Source: Clostridia bacterium
Lineage (GTDB): Bacteria; Bacillota; Clostridia; Christensenellales; CAG-138
NCBI GenBank assembly: GCA_035399665.1
Contig: DAOPJM010000002.1
Coordinates: forward strand, 13,484-77,483
Direction: 5' to 3'
Length of the DNA: 64,000 bases
The notes under the pieces are model-generated. The model made no database searches. It saw only the letters and a list, made by a program, of their open reading frames with translations, and was not told where the DNA came from. Position 1 is the first letter of the stretch, and each line of letters starts with the position of its first letter. Below, in pieces: positions 8,984 through 17,979 of the stretch. The position numbers and the translations under genes were made by a program.

Positions 8984-9572
8984 TGTCTCCACCTCTGTAA
9001 TCAACATCCCTCAGTTCGTCCTCGCTTGCGGCGTCGCAAAGCTCCAACATATTCATATGTCGCCTAATCACCACTGTTCCGCCCACGTCGCCCGACAACC
9101 CGCAAAGCTCCCCGTATAGGGAGGCGGGAAATATGACGGGATTGCCCCTGCGCTGCCCACAGGCAAGAGCGTGTATGCGCAAAGGCGCGGATCTAAAGCT
9201 TTCTATCAACGCGTCTATTGACGAAGTTTTAAGGTATGGCTGATCGCCCACGGTATACATTATGCCGTCAAAGCGTTCAAGCCGCATAAGATACTCCGTC
9301 CCGAGGCGTATGGTCTTAGATTGACCGGCCTCAACGTCGTCATTTATTACGGTGTCGAAGCCGAAGCGCTCAATCAGGCTCAGCAGCTCGGCTTGATCGG
9401 AGCGTGTTACGGCGCAGCATTCATCGATCATGCTGCCCTTCAGCGCAAGCATAACATGCTCCGCCATCGGTTTACCGTCAATATCATGGGTCAGCTTATC
9501 GCCGTAAAACCGTCTGCTTTTGCCAGCAAGCATCAGCACACAGCCTATGTTTATCTTCTGTGAGTGTTGCAT
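8964..9572 (-). CDS. MobA/MocA (YgfJ)-like nucleotidyltransferase, molybdenum-cofactor nucleotidylation family
   Basis: It has the N-terminal motif CVLMLAGKSRRFYGDKL (LAxGxSxRf) typical of the MobA-like NTP-transferase fold. The start is set at Met36 of the track ORF. It overlaps the hydantoinase stop by 22 nt and the guaD start by 20 nt. Confidence 0.65.
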   Translation of the reverse strand: MQHSQKINIGCVLMLAGKSRRFYGDKLTHDIDGKPMAEHVMLALKGSMIDECCAVTRSDQAELLSLIERFGFDTVINDDVEAGQSKTIRLGTEYLMRLERFDGIMYTVGDQPYLKTSSIDALIESFRSAPLRIHALACGQRRGNPVIFPASLYGELCGLSGDVGGTVVIRRHMNMLELCDAASEDELRDVDYRGGDNESDKG

Positions 9573-10921
9573 AGTCCTCTTGCAATATAGCGTCCTTGCC
9601 CGCGCATGATGAGCTCTCCATTGCACAGGACGTGCTTGCCCGAAAGCAAAACATCGGTGACTTGTCCTTGTGTGCATATGCCCTCATAAGGCGAGTTGTC
9701 ACAGTTGTGCAGGTTGGTTTTGTAGGATATAGTCTGATGAGAATTGGGGTCGAAGATAGCTATGTCAGCAATGCTTCCGACTTCAATGACGCCCCTTTCG
9801 GGATACATTCCAAAGATTTTGGCAGCGTTGGTGCTCATGAGCTTAGCCATATCGCTAACGCCGATATATCCCTGTAAGACAGCGAAGGTGTAGATAAGCT
9901 CAGCTCTGTTCTGCACGCCCGCCCCGCCGTTTGGCACCTTGGCAAAGTCGCCGTGTCCCAAGGCCTTTTGCGCCATGGTAAAGGAGCAGTGATCCGTGCC
10001 TGTGAAGTCAATATCACCGTCGCTCATCGCGCATAGCAAAGCCTTGCGATCCGCAGCCTGCCTCAATGGGGGCGACATTATGAACTTCTCACCGTCCGCT
10101 TGCTCATAAGCGGAGGAATCGAGTACGAGGTATTGCGGGCAGGTCTCCAAAAAGATGTTCTGCCCTCGTTCACGGGCGCGCTTTGCTTCGGCAAGGCCCT
10201 CTGCTGTGGAAAGATGTACCACCCACGCGGGGGCTTTGGCAAGCTCCGCAATGCGCATAAGCCGCGCCACACCCTCCGCTTCAACGGCGTTAGGGCGGGA
10301 GATGGGGTGGTACCTCGGAGCGTACAGCCCCTCAGAGTGCAGGTCTTTAATTCGCTGCGTGAGTACGTCGAAGTTCTCACAATGGACGCCAATAAGCCCG
10401 CCAAGTCCACTGATATACTTCAGGGCGTCATAGATTTGTCCGTCGTTGACGCGCATACTGTCGTAGACCATGTACATCTTGAAAGAGCTGATGCCCTTTG
10501 AAATTATGTCCTTGACCTCGGCTTTTATGGCGTCGTTCCATTCTGAGACAGCCATATGAAAACCGTAATTGCAGCTGCTGTTCTTGGACTTCTCATTCCA
10601 GCGGTCAAGAGCTTCGTGCATCGTCATACCCTTGTCTTGAGTGCAAAAATCGAGTATGGCAGTTGTCCCGCCCGCAAGAGCGGCAGCGGTTCCGGTGGCG
10701 AAATTGTCAGCGGTGACGGTAACCCCAAGGTCGAGATCGAAATGGGTATGCGTATCAATAAAGCCGGGAAAGAGGTACTTGCCCTCCGCGTCAATAATCT
10801 TGTCGGCGTCGGAAGAAACGTCCTTGCCGATTTTGACTATGTGTTCATCGTCTATAAGCACGTCCGCCTGCATAGGCCCGACCTCACGCACGACAATACC
10901 GTTCTTTACAAGAGTAAGCAT
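9551..10921 (-). CDS. D-hydantoinase / dihydropyrimidinase (cyclic amidohydrolase)
   Basis: 456 aa. Motifs: PGFIDTHTHFDL metal-binding HxH, SSFKMYMVY (carbamylated Lys region), and GTDHCSF. Confidence 0.8.
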   Translation of the reverse strand: MLTLVKNGIVVREVGPMQADVLIDDEHIVKIGKDVSSDADKIIDAEGKYLFPGFIDTHTHFDLDLGVTVTADNFATGTAAALAGGTTAILDFCTQDKGMTMHEALDRWNEKSKNSSCNYGFHMAVSEWNDAIKAEVKDIISKGISSFKMYMVYDSMRVNDGQIYDALKYISGLGGLIGVHCENFDVLTQRIKDLHSEGLYAPRYHPISRPNAVEAEGVARLMRIAELAKAPAWVVHLSTAEGLAEAKRARERGQNIFLETCPQYLVLDSSAYEQADGEKFIMSPPLRQAADRKALLCAMSDGDIDFTGTDHCSFTMAQKALGHGDFAKVPNGGAGVQNRAELIYTFAVLQGYIGVSDMAKLMSTNAAKIFGMYPERGVIEVGSIADIAIFDPNSHQTISYKTNLHNCDNSPYEGICTQGQVTDVLLSGKHVLCNGELIMRGQGRYIARGLCNTHRR

Positions 10922-10971
10922 GTTTACCTCCGCATTCTTTACAAAGGCATTCTATCACAAAACCGCTGATA

Positions 10972-11361
10972 TTACAACAGCGTATTCCACTCAAAGCGCT
11001 CTATTTCGCTTATATGCATAATGGCCTGTTTGGCTTCCGAGAGCTTCTCCGAGCAGGCAATCCTGTCTTCAAGCTCCGCAAGTCGAAGCGCGGGCTCAAG
11101 GCATAAGCCGATGGCATTGATTGCGGAATGATTTATGAATCGCTTCAAGCGCGGTGCGTCAAGCCGATACAGCGCGACAAGCTGACTGCATACTACGCTT
11201 GCGGAGTGTATGTCACCCGCTTGCAGGTAGTCAAGCGCATAGTCGATGAGGCTTATCATGTCACGGCAGCTTTGATTTACAAAGCGCTGTGGGAAGATGA
11301 AAAGCAGGATAAGAGCAATTATTATGAGGATGGTAGCACAGCGCTGAACGAATACAAACAT
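10972..11361 (-). CDS. DUF4363-family small membrane-anchored protein
   Basis: 129 aa with a single N-terminal TM segment and a helical remainder. It shows the usual pairing, with a 1-nt overlap, to an upstream DUF421 gene. The family was recalled and not searched. Confidence 0.5.
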   Translation of the reverse strand: MFVFVQRCATILIIIALILLFIFPQRFVNQSCRDMISLIDYALDYLQAGDIHSASVVCSQLVALYRLDAPRLKRFINHSAINAIGLCLEPALRLAELEDRIACSEKLSEAKQAIMHISEIERFEWNTLL

Positions 11362-12071
11362 TAAAGATCAAGCTCCTTTCTCCGCTTTTCAATCACCTTG
11401 CCGTTTCGAAGCTGCAAGCGAACTACTCCGTCCGGCGCAAGCTGCAAATACAGCACATTTTTGAGCCTGCTTCCCTCTGTGTCTGCTACTATTTTCTTAA
11501 CGCTTTCGACCGAAACCTTGGCTGCCCGTATCGCGTCCTTGCAGATTGCTCCATCCGTAACAAGCATATATGAAAGCTCGCTTTCGTCCGCGTCAAGCCC
11601 AAGGTCGGAAAGGGTGGGCTGCTGAAACGCACCCTTCTGAAGCACGCTCACGCTGCCGTTGGTCTCCAGTATGGCGAATGCGACCTGACCTATGTCAAAA
11701 ACGTCCTTAGCTCGGAGACAGTCCACTAAATCGCCTACCGTGTAGTTGGCAAAGCGCATGGTACGCTCCATCAATACGCCGTCGCGGACTAAGATAAGCG
11801 GCGAACCGCAGAACACGCGTCTTACGAATGGCGACTTTAGGCACAGCTTCGCGATGAGCTGCTGAACCAGAAACAGGGCGAGTATTGGCACAATACTGTA
11901 CAGCAGAGGGACGTCTGTATCGGCAATCGCGCAACTTGCTATGTCCGCGATAGTCAGAGTAATCAAGAGGTCAAAGGGCTGAAGGTCGGAGATCTGCCGC
12001 TTACCCGTAAGCCGTATAATGATAAGTATGAAGATATAGAGCAGCACCGCCCGTAAAAACAAAACCGTCAT
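11361..12071 (-). CDS. DUF421 (YetF/YdfS-like) membrane protein
   Basis: 236 aa. The N-terminus LRAVLLYIFILIIIRLTGKRQISDLQPFDLL is typical of the DUF421/YetF family. No Shine-Dalgarno sequence is visible upstream of the ATG. Confidence 0.65.
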   Translation of the reverse strand: MTVLFLRAVLLYIFILIIIRLTGKRQISDLQPFDLLITLTIADIASCAIADTDVPLLYSIVPILALFLVQQLIAKLCLKSPFVRRVFCGSPLILVRDGVLMERTMRFANYTVGDLVDCLRAKDVFDIGQVAFAILETNGSVSVLQKGAFQQPTLSDLGLDADESELSYMLVTDGAICKDAIRAAKVSVESVKKIVADTEGSRLKNVLYLQLAPDGVVRLQLRNGKVIEKRRKELDL

Positions 12072-12236
12072 AATGAAAGTCTGCGCAAAATCGCAGGTAA
12101 TAATGCGCGTTACTTCAGATTCATAAGGTTTTTGCTTGCTGTGTGAAGCGGCAGCATTTGTACGAAAATGTGCGCAGTTAGCTTAACCCTCTATTTCCGC
12201 GATTTGTGGTTCCGTTATATCGTCGCACAGAGATGA

Positions 12237-12255
12237 TTTTGACGGTCTGTCAAAA
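12237..12255. promoter_or_regulatory. Inverted repeat (candidate operator) upstream of the decarboxylase operon
   Basis: TTTTGAC-ggtct-GTCAAAA has 7-bp perfect arms and overlaps a TTGACG -35-like hexamer. It lies about 120 nt upstream of oadG. Confidence 0.3.
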
Positions 12256-12376
12256 TGTGTACAAAGTCAAAAAAACATAGCAGGAAAAAAAGGAGAGATG
12301 TCGAATTATTAAAGTATAAGGGATAGATTGAGCATATGAGCTTGTATACTATCCGAAATCCAAAAGGAGGAAGTCA

Positions 12377-12700
12377 ATGATGCTTTCAATGCCGGTTTTC
12401 GCGCTTGCGGAAGCTGCGGTACCTCAGATGACAACAGTACTTGTACTGGGCTTAGGGATTGTGTTCATCGGGCTTGCTCTTATTATTTGCCTCATATGGG
12501 TGATGAGTACCATCGTAAAGGCATTTACTAAGAAAAAAGCAGACAAGCCTGCGGAAATTCCTGCGGAGGTACCCGCGACAAAGGACGAGCCTATCACAGA
12601 CAGACAGCAGATAGTTGCTGCCGTGTCCGCTGTGATAGCACAAGTGATGGGTAAGGACGTCAAGGGCGTCCGCATAGTTTCATTCAAGAGAGTAGATTAA
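12377..12700 (+). CDS. oadG: Na+-translocating decarboxylase gamma subunit (OadG family)
   Basis: 107 aa with one N-terminal TM segment, a Pro/Ala/Glu linker and a C-terminal IVAAVSAVIAQV motif. AAGGAGGAAG RBS. Confidence 0.7.
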   Translation: MMLSMPVFALAEAAVPQMTTVLVLGLGIVFIGLALIICLIWVMSTIVKAFTKKKADKPAEIPAEVPATKDEPITDRQQIVAAVSAVIAQVMGKDVKGVRIVSFKRVD

Positions 12701-12715
12701 AGGGGGATTAAACAA

Positions 12716-13084
12716 ATGCGTAAGTTTCTGGTTAACGTAAACGGCACCAAGTATGAGATCGAAGTCGAAGAGATCTCAGCAGATCAGGTAAAGACCGCAG
12801 CGCCCGCCGCACCCGCGGCTGCCGCGCCGACTCCCGCACCCGCTCCCGCAGCTCCCAAGGCCGCAGGCGCAGGCGAAAAGGTAAGCTCGCCTATGCCGGG
12901 GAACATCCTTCAGGTAAATGTAACGGTAGGTCAGACCGTTAAAGCAGGTCAGGTTCTCATGGTTCTTGAGGCCATGAAGATGGAGAATGAGATCCTTGCT
13001 CCCTGCGACGGCAAAGTCACGGGACTGAATGTAAACAAGGGCTCCACCGTTGAAGCGGGCTCTTTACTCGCGACGATAGGGTAG
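12716..13084 (+). CDS. Free-standing biotin carboxyl carrier protein of the decarboxylase
   Basis: 122 aa with an Ala/Pro linker and the biotinylation motif [10 protein letters not shown]. Confidence 0.85.
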   Translation: MRKFLVNVNGTKYEIEVEEISADQVKTAAPAAPAAAAPTPAPAPAAPKAAGAGEKVSSPMPGNILQVNVTVGQTVKAGQVLMVLEAMKMENEILAPCDGKVTGLNVNKGSTVEAGSLLATIG

Positions 13085-13094
13085 GGCTGAATCT

Positions 13095-14288
13095 ATGTGG
13101 GAATCAATACTCGAATTCCTGAAGTCTACGGGCTTTGTCCAACTGTTTGATAATCCTCTGCAGTTGGTCATGCTGCTCATCAGCTTCGGATTGTTATATC
13201 TTGCAATAGTCAAGAAGTTCGAGCCGTTATTGCTCGTTCCCATTGCGTTTGGTATGCTCTTGACCAACATACCCGGCGCGAACCTCTACCATCCCGAATA
13301 TTTCGCCAAGACTATGGTAGACGGCTCCTTTGGGATCGACTGGTCGGCTTTGAGTGACCCCAAGAGCGCGGGTCTGCTCGACTACCTCTATTTGGGCGTC
13401 AAATTGGGCATCTACCCCTGCCTTATTTTCATGGGCGTGGGCGCAATGACTGACTTTGGGCCCTTGATTGCAAACCCCAAAAGTTTGCTTTTGGGCGCTG
13501 CGGCGCAGCTGGGCATCTATATTGCTTTCGCCATCGCAGTAGCATTCGGATTTCAGCTTAATGAAGCCGCCTCAATCGGTATCATCGGAGGAGCCGACGG
13601 TCCCACAGCGATACTCGTCGCGACGAAGCTGGCGCCTAATCTGCTCGGACCTATCGCGGTCGCGGCCTATTCCTATATGGCTCTTGTTCCCTTCATTCAG
13701 CCGCCGTTCATGCGTTTGCTGACCACCGAGAATGAACGCAAGATTGTCATGGAACAGCTCAGACCCGTTTCTAAGGCCGAAAAAATACTGTTCCCCGTCA
13801 TGGTAACGGTGTTTGTATCATTCCTGCTTCCCGCGGCCGCCAACCTCATAGGATGCCTGATGTTGGGCAACCTATTCCGTGAGTGCGGAGTGGTTGAACG
13901 TCTCAGCAAGACCGTTCAGAACGAGCTGATAAATATCGTCACCATCTTCCTCGGCGTATCCGTGGGAGCTACCGCGACAGCCGCGAACTTCCTCAACTGG
14001 CAGACTCTCATGATTATGGGTCTGGGCGTTGTCGCCTTCATCGGCGGAACCTGCGGCGGTGTACTGCTTGCGAAGTTCATGAACCTCTTCCTCAAGAAGA
14101 AGATCAATCCGCTCATCGGCTCAGCGGGAGTTTCAGCCGTACCTATGGCGGCGAGGGTCTCTCAGGTCGAGGGGCAAAAGGCGAACCCGAGGAATTTCCT
14201 GCTCATGCACGCCATGGGCCCGAACGTTGCCGGCGTCATCGGCTCCGCGATAGCTGCGGGCGTGTTCCTGTCGCTGTTCGCTCATTAA
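13095..14288 (+). CDS. oadB: Na+-translocating decarboxylase beta subunit (membrane pump)
   Basis: 397 aa and polytopic. It is OadB/GcdB/MmdB-like ([25 protein letters not shown]). Confidence 0.85.
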   Translation: MWESILEFLKSTGFVQLFDNPLQLVMLLISFGLLYLAIVKKFEPLLLVPIAFGMLLTNIPGANLYHPEYFAKTMVDGSFGIDWSALSDPKSAGLLDYLYLGVKLGIYPCLIFMGVGAMTDFGPLIANPKSLLLGAAAQLGIYIAFAIAVAFGFQLNEAASIGIIGGADGPTAILVATKLAPNLLGPIAVAAYSYMALVPFIQPPFMRLLTTENERKIVMEQLRPVSKAEKILFPVMVTVFVSFLLPAAANLIGCLMLGNLFRECGVVERLSKTVQNELINIVTIFLGVSVGATATAANFLNWQTLMIMGLGVVAFIGGTCGGVLLAKFMNLFLKKKINPLIGSAGVSAVPMAARVSQVEGQKANPRNFLLMHAMGPNVAGVIGSAIAAGVFLSLFAH

Positions 14289-14300
14289 GGAGGCTAAACA

Positions 14301-15713
14301 ATGACAAAATTGTATATTACCGATACCATACTGCGTGACGCGCATCAGTCGCTTGCGGCAACTCGTATGCCGCTGTCCGACATGCTTCCCGCCTGCGAGA
14401 TGCTCGACGCGATAGGCTACTGGTCCCTTGAAATGTGGGGCGGAGCTACCTTTGACTCGTGCCTAAGGTTCTTAAACGAGGATCCTTGGGAGAGGCTGAG
14501 ACAGCTTAGAAAGCACCTGCCGAACACAAAGCTTCAGATGCTGTTTCGTGGACAGAACATCTTGGGCTATAAGCATTATGCAGACGACGTCGTTGAGGCG
14601 TTTGTCCGCAAGGCTATTGAGAACGGCATAGACGTAATTCGCATTTTCGACGCGCTGAATGACCCAAGAAACCTTGAGGCGGCCATTCGCTACACCAAAA
14701 AGTACGGCGGATTCTGCGAACCCGCAATAAGCTACACCATTTCGCCCGTCCACAGCGAGGACTACTTTGTGGCTCTCGCAAAGGAACTGGTGCAAATGGG
14801 CGCCGACTCCATCTGCATCAAGGACATGGCGAACCTTCTTCTGCCTTACGCGGCGTATTCGCTGGTATCGCGTTTGAAGAGCGAGGTAGACGTCCCAATT
14901 CACCTGCATACCCACAACACCACCGGCACGGGCGATATGACTTATCTCTTGGCGGCGCAAGCAGGCGTTGATATAGTAGATACCGCTCTTTCGCCCTTCG
15001 GCAACGGCACTTCGCAGCCCGCCACCGAGCCGCTTGTGGCAACTCTAAAGGGTACCGACAGGGATACGGGTCTCGACCTAAACGCCCTTTCGGAGGTTGC
15101 AAAGCACTTCCGTACCGTGTCCGAGCGCATGATGAAGGAGGGTCTTATCTCTACGAAGTCCCTGCGCGTGGATACAAACACATTGCTGTATCAGGTTCCC
15201 GGCGGTATGCTTTCGAACCTCATTTCGCAGCTAAAGCAGGCAAAAGCCGAGGATAAGTACTACAATGTCCTCGAGGAGATTCCTGTGGTCAGGCGCGATT
15301 TCGGGTATCCGCCGCTCGTAACCCCCACAAGCCAAATTGTCGGCACCCAGGCGGTGTTCAATGTGCTTATGGGCAGATACAAGACCTTCACCAAGGAATC
15401 TAAGGCTCTGCTCCGCGGCGAGTACGGCAAGCTCCCCGGCGAGATTAACCCCGAGGTGCAGCGCAAGGCGATAGGTGACGATGAGGTCATAACCTGCCGT
15501 CCCGCCGATTTGTTGACGCCGGAATTGGATACCTACCGCGAGCAGATCAAGGATCACATCCGCCAAGAGGAGGATGTATTGAGCTACGCTCTGTTCCCGC
15601 AGGTGGCCATGAAGTTCTTCGAGACAAGGGAAGCAGCCGAAAAAGCGGCCTTGCAGCCCGCCGAGGATGAATCCAAGCCCAGAGAGCTATTAGTGGAGGA
15701 TATCAGCATTTAG
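14301..15713 (+). CDS. oadA: Oxaloacetate decarboxylase alpha subunit, carboxyltransferase (5S/PycB-type) domain without a biotin domain
   Basis: 470 aa. The N-terminus ITDTILRDAHQSLAATRM marks an HMGL-like TIM barrel. There is no C-terminal AMKM motif, and BCCP is encoded separately. Confidence 0.8.
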   Translation: MTKLYITDTILRDAHQSLAATRMPLSDMLPACEMLDAIGYWSLEMWGGATFDSCLRFLNEDPWERLRQLRKHLPNTKLQMLFRGQNILGYKHYADDVVEAFVRKAIENGIDVIRIFDALNDPRNLEAAIRYTKKYGGFCEPAISYTISPVHSEDYFVALAKELVQMGADSICIKDMANLLLPYAAYSLVSRLKSEVDVPIHLHTHNTTGTGDMTYLLAAQAGVDIVDTALSPFGNGTSQPATEPLVATLKGTDRDTGLDLNALSEVAKHFRTVSERMMKEGLISTKSLRVDTNTLLYQVPGGMLSNLISQLKQAKAEDKYYNVLEEIPVVRRDFGYPPLVTPTSQIVGTQAVFNVLMGRYKTFTKESKALLRGEYGKLPGEINPEVQRKAIGDDEVITCRPADLLTPELDTYREQIKDHIRQEEDVLSYALFPQVAMKFFETREAAEKAALQPAEDESKPRELLVEDISI

Positions 15714-15715
15714 TA

Positions 15716-16243
15716 ATGCGACACATTCCCAACATACTGTCCGGAATCAGAATACTGCTTGTACCGGTATTCGTCTACCTCTTTATGGTAGGCGAATACC
15801 TTTCGGCTATGGCGGTATATGTAATAGCCTTTATAACCGACGTCGTAGACGGACAGCTTGCCAGACACTTTCATTGGACGAGCGCGATAGGCAAGCTTCT
15901 GGACCCATTAGCGGATAAAATGATGCAAATCGCGGCCTTGGTGTGCCTATGCATAGCTCGAGCCGATAAGGTGATTTACATTGTCTTGGTATCGGTTTGC
16001 GCAATAAAGGAAATACTGATGGTGATAGGCGGTTTGATTATGCTAAAACGCAAGGTTGTAGCTTGCTCGGACTGGATAGGGAAGATTGCCACGGGACTGT
16101 TCGCACTTGGGATAGTGCTTTCGATGCTGAGCTTCATCATACCCGCTGTGGAGCCTTACGGACTTGGGGTATTGATAGTCGCAGCCTGCCTTTCATGCAT
16201 TGCCTTGGCGCATTATGCCACAACACAGTTCGCGCCGAGATAA
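15716..16243 (+). CDS. pgsA: CDP-diacylglycerol--glycerol-3-phosphate 3-phosphatidyltransferase
   Basis: 175 aa with the CDP-alcohol phosphotransferase motif DVVDGQLARHF...GKLLDPLADK. The ATG lies 2 nt after the oadA stop. Confidence 0.8.
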   Translation: MRHIPNILSGIRILLVPVFVYLFMVGEYLSAMAVYVIAFITDVVDGQLARHFHWTSAIGKLLDPLADKMMQIAALVCLCIARADKVIYIVLVSVCAIKEILMVIGGLIMLKRKVVACSDWIGKIATGLFALGIVLSMLSFIIPAVEPYGLGVLIVAACLSCIALAHYATTQFAPR

Positions 16244-16281
16244 AACGGAGTATTTTCGGGCAAATTATTGATAAATAATGC

Positions 16282-16310
16282 TTGCAATGCGTGGTATGCT
16301 GTGTTATAAT
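16282..16310 (+). promoter_or_regulatory. Near-consensus sigma-70 promoter of the rimP-nusA-infB operon
   Basis: TTGCAA (16282-16287), a 17-nt spacer, then TGt-TATAAT (16305-16310). Confidence 0.7.
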
Positions 16311-16335
16311 TGCCGTGTTGGATGTGGACGTTTTA

Positions 16336-16364
16336 GGAGTGGGAAAAGCCCGCTCCTTTCTTTT
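16336..16364 (+). terminator. Intrinsic terminator/attenuator inside the rimP-nusA leader
   Basis: GGAGTGGG-aaaag-CCCGCTCC forms an 8-bp stem with one G.U pair, followed by TTTCTTTT. It lies between the promoter and the rimP RBS. Confidence 0.6.
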
Positions 16365-16397
16365 GAACGGACAAGGAACTTGTTTGGAGGTTTTGAT

Positions 16398-16853
16398 TTG
16401 AACACTGCCGAGACTTGCGAAGCGCTGTTGAAGGGTATTGTAACGGAACTTGGGTACGAGCTGTACGAGGTGGAGTTCGTCAAAGAGTACGGAGCTTGGA
16501 CACTGACCCTCTATATTGACAAGGAGGGCGGAGTTTCGATAGATGACTGCGAGAAGGTCAGCCGTGCGGTCGAGCCAATCCTTGACGAGAAGGATCCGAT
16601 AGAGCAGAGCTATACGCTTGCGGTATCCTCTTTGGGAATAGATCGCCCGTTGAAGCTGGACAAGGATTATGAGCGCAACATGGGCGCGGAATTGGAAGTT
16701 AAGCTCTACAAGCCGTTTATGCAAAAGAAGGTCTGGGTGGGTACGCTCGCTTCCTACGATGAGGACGGCTTTACTATCGTCACAGACGATGATGAAGAGG
16801 TGGGCTTTTCGAAGAAAGAAGTCGCGTTGGTCAAACCTTACATAAGGTTTTAG
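16398..16853 (+). CDS. rimP: Ribosome maturation factor RimP
   Basis: 151 aa from the TTG at 16398, with GGAGG 8 nt upstream. The track ATG at 16278 would place the promoter and terminator inside the CDS. Its position before nusA is conserved. Confidence 0.85.
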   Translation: MNTAETCEALLKGIVTELGYELYEVEFVKEYGAWTLTLYIDKEGGVSIDDCEKVSRAVEPILDEKDPIEQSYTLAVSSLGIDRPLKLDKDYERNMGAELEVKLYKPFMQKKVWVGTLASYDEDGFTIVTDDDEEVGFSKKEVALVKPYIRF

Positions 16854-16899
16854 AGAAACGCTAAAAGAATACGGACGAGAAAAGGGAAAGGAAACTATA

Positions 16900-17973
16900 A
16901 TGAATTCAGAATTTATGTCGGCTCTGGCAGATCTGGAGAAGGAACGCGGAATAAGCAAGGAGATACTGATTTCGGCCATCGAATCAGCTTTGATAGTCGC
17001 GTACAAGAAAAACTATAACACAAACGGCAATGTAAGAGCCGAGATAAACACGGATACGGGTGAGATAAAGATTTTCGCGTCCAAGACCGTTGTTGAGGAG
17101 GTAAACGACCCCACATCGGAGGTTTCGCTTGAGAAGGCTAAGCGTATAAATCCCCTGTATCAGGAAGGCGACGTGCTTGAGGTGGAGGCTGACGCGAAGG
17201 GATTCGGCAGAATCGCGGCTCAGACAGCCAAGCAGGTCGTGCGTCAAAGGATACGCGAAGCCGAGCGCGGCATAATCTATGAGGAGTACGTTGAGAAGGA
17301 AGCGGAAATTCTTACCGCTATCGTTCAGCGCGTCGAAAAGGGAAACGTCTTTGTGGAACTCGGTCGTACCGACGGCATACTGACCGCGGGAGAGACTATC
17401 CCCGGAGAGGTGTACGAGAACAGCGACCGCATCAAGGTATATGTGCTTGAGGTCAGAAAGGACAACAAGGGTCCGCAGGTGGTGGTTTCAAGAACTCATC
17501 CCGGGCTTGTTAAGCGCTTGTTTGAGCTTGAAGTTCCAGAGATTGCAAGCGGCGTGGTTCAGATCAAGGCTATCGCAAGGGAAGCGGGCTTCAGAACCAA
17601 GGTGTCTGTGTTCTCAACAGATCCGCAGGTTGACGCGGTTGGCTCCTGCGTAGGTCAGCGCGGATGCAGGGTAACAAGGATAGTTGAGGAACTGCATAAC
17701 GAGAAGATAGACATTATCGAGTGGGACAGCGATATCGCAGTCTACATCGCAAAGGCGCTAAGCCCCGCGAAGGTGCTTATGGTTTACATAAACGAAGAAG
17801 AGAAGGCGGCAAGGGTTATAGTGCCCGACTCACAGCTTTCCCTGGCAATAGGCAAGGAGGGTCAGAACGCAAGGCTGGCCGCCAAGCTTACAGGGTGGAA
17901 GATCGACATCAAGAGCAGCTCACAGGCTACCATGATTATGACCGATCCCATCGAAGAAGATACGGAGGAATAG
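16900..17973 (+). CDS. nusA: Transcription termination/antitermination factor NusA
   Basis: 357 aa with NTD, S1 and two KH regions, in conserved operon position. Confidence 0.95.
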   Translation: MNSEFMSALADLEKERGISKEILISAIESALIVAYKKNYNTNGNVRAEINTDTGEIKIFASKTVVEEVNDPTSEVSLEKAKRINPLYQEGDVLEVEADAKGFGRIAAQTAKQVVRQRIREAERGIIYEEYVEKEAEILTAIVQRVEKGNVFVELGRTDGILTAGETIPGEVYENSDRIKVYVLEVRKDNKGPQVVVSRTHPGLVKRLFELEVPEIASGVVQIKAIAREAGFRTKVSVFSTDPQVDAVGSCVGQRGCRVTRIVEELHNEKIDIIEWDSDIAVYIAKALSPAKVLMVYINEEEKAARVIVPDSQLSLAIGKEGQNARLAAKLTGWKIDIKSSSQATMIMTDPIEEDTEE

Positions 17974-17979
17974 TCCTTA

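Noticed and set aside
7404-10921. Possible in-frame UGA (selenocysteine) or SECIS elements in the purine/selenium-associated genes
   Set aside because: All four reading frames are continuous without internal stops, and nothing suggests recoding.
12336-12380. 14-codon uORF (MSLYTIRNPKGGSQ) whose stop overlaps the oadG start
   Set aside because: It has no RBS at a usable distance and no regulatory codon pattern, so it is probably fortuitous.
16137-17006. 289-aa minus-strand ORF
   Set aside because: It spans the pgsA 3' end, the rimP promoter/terminator, all of rimP and the nusA 5' end in antisense. It has low-complexity composition, and the sense genes are unambiguous.
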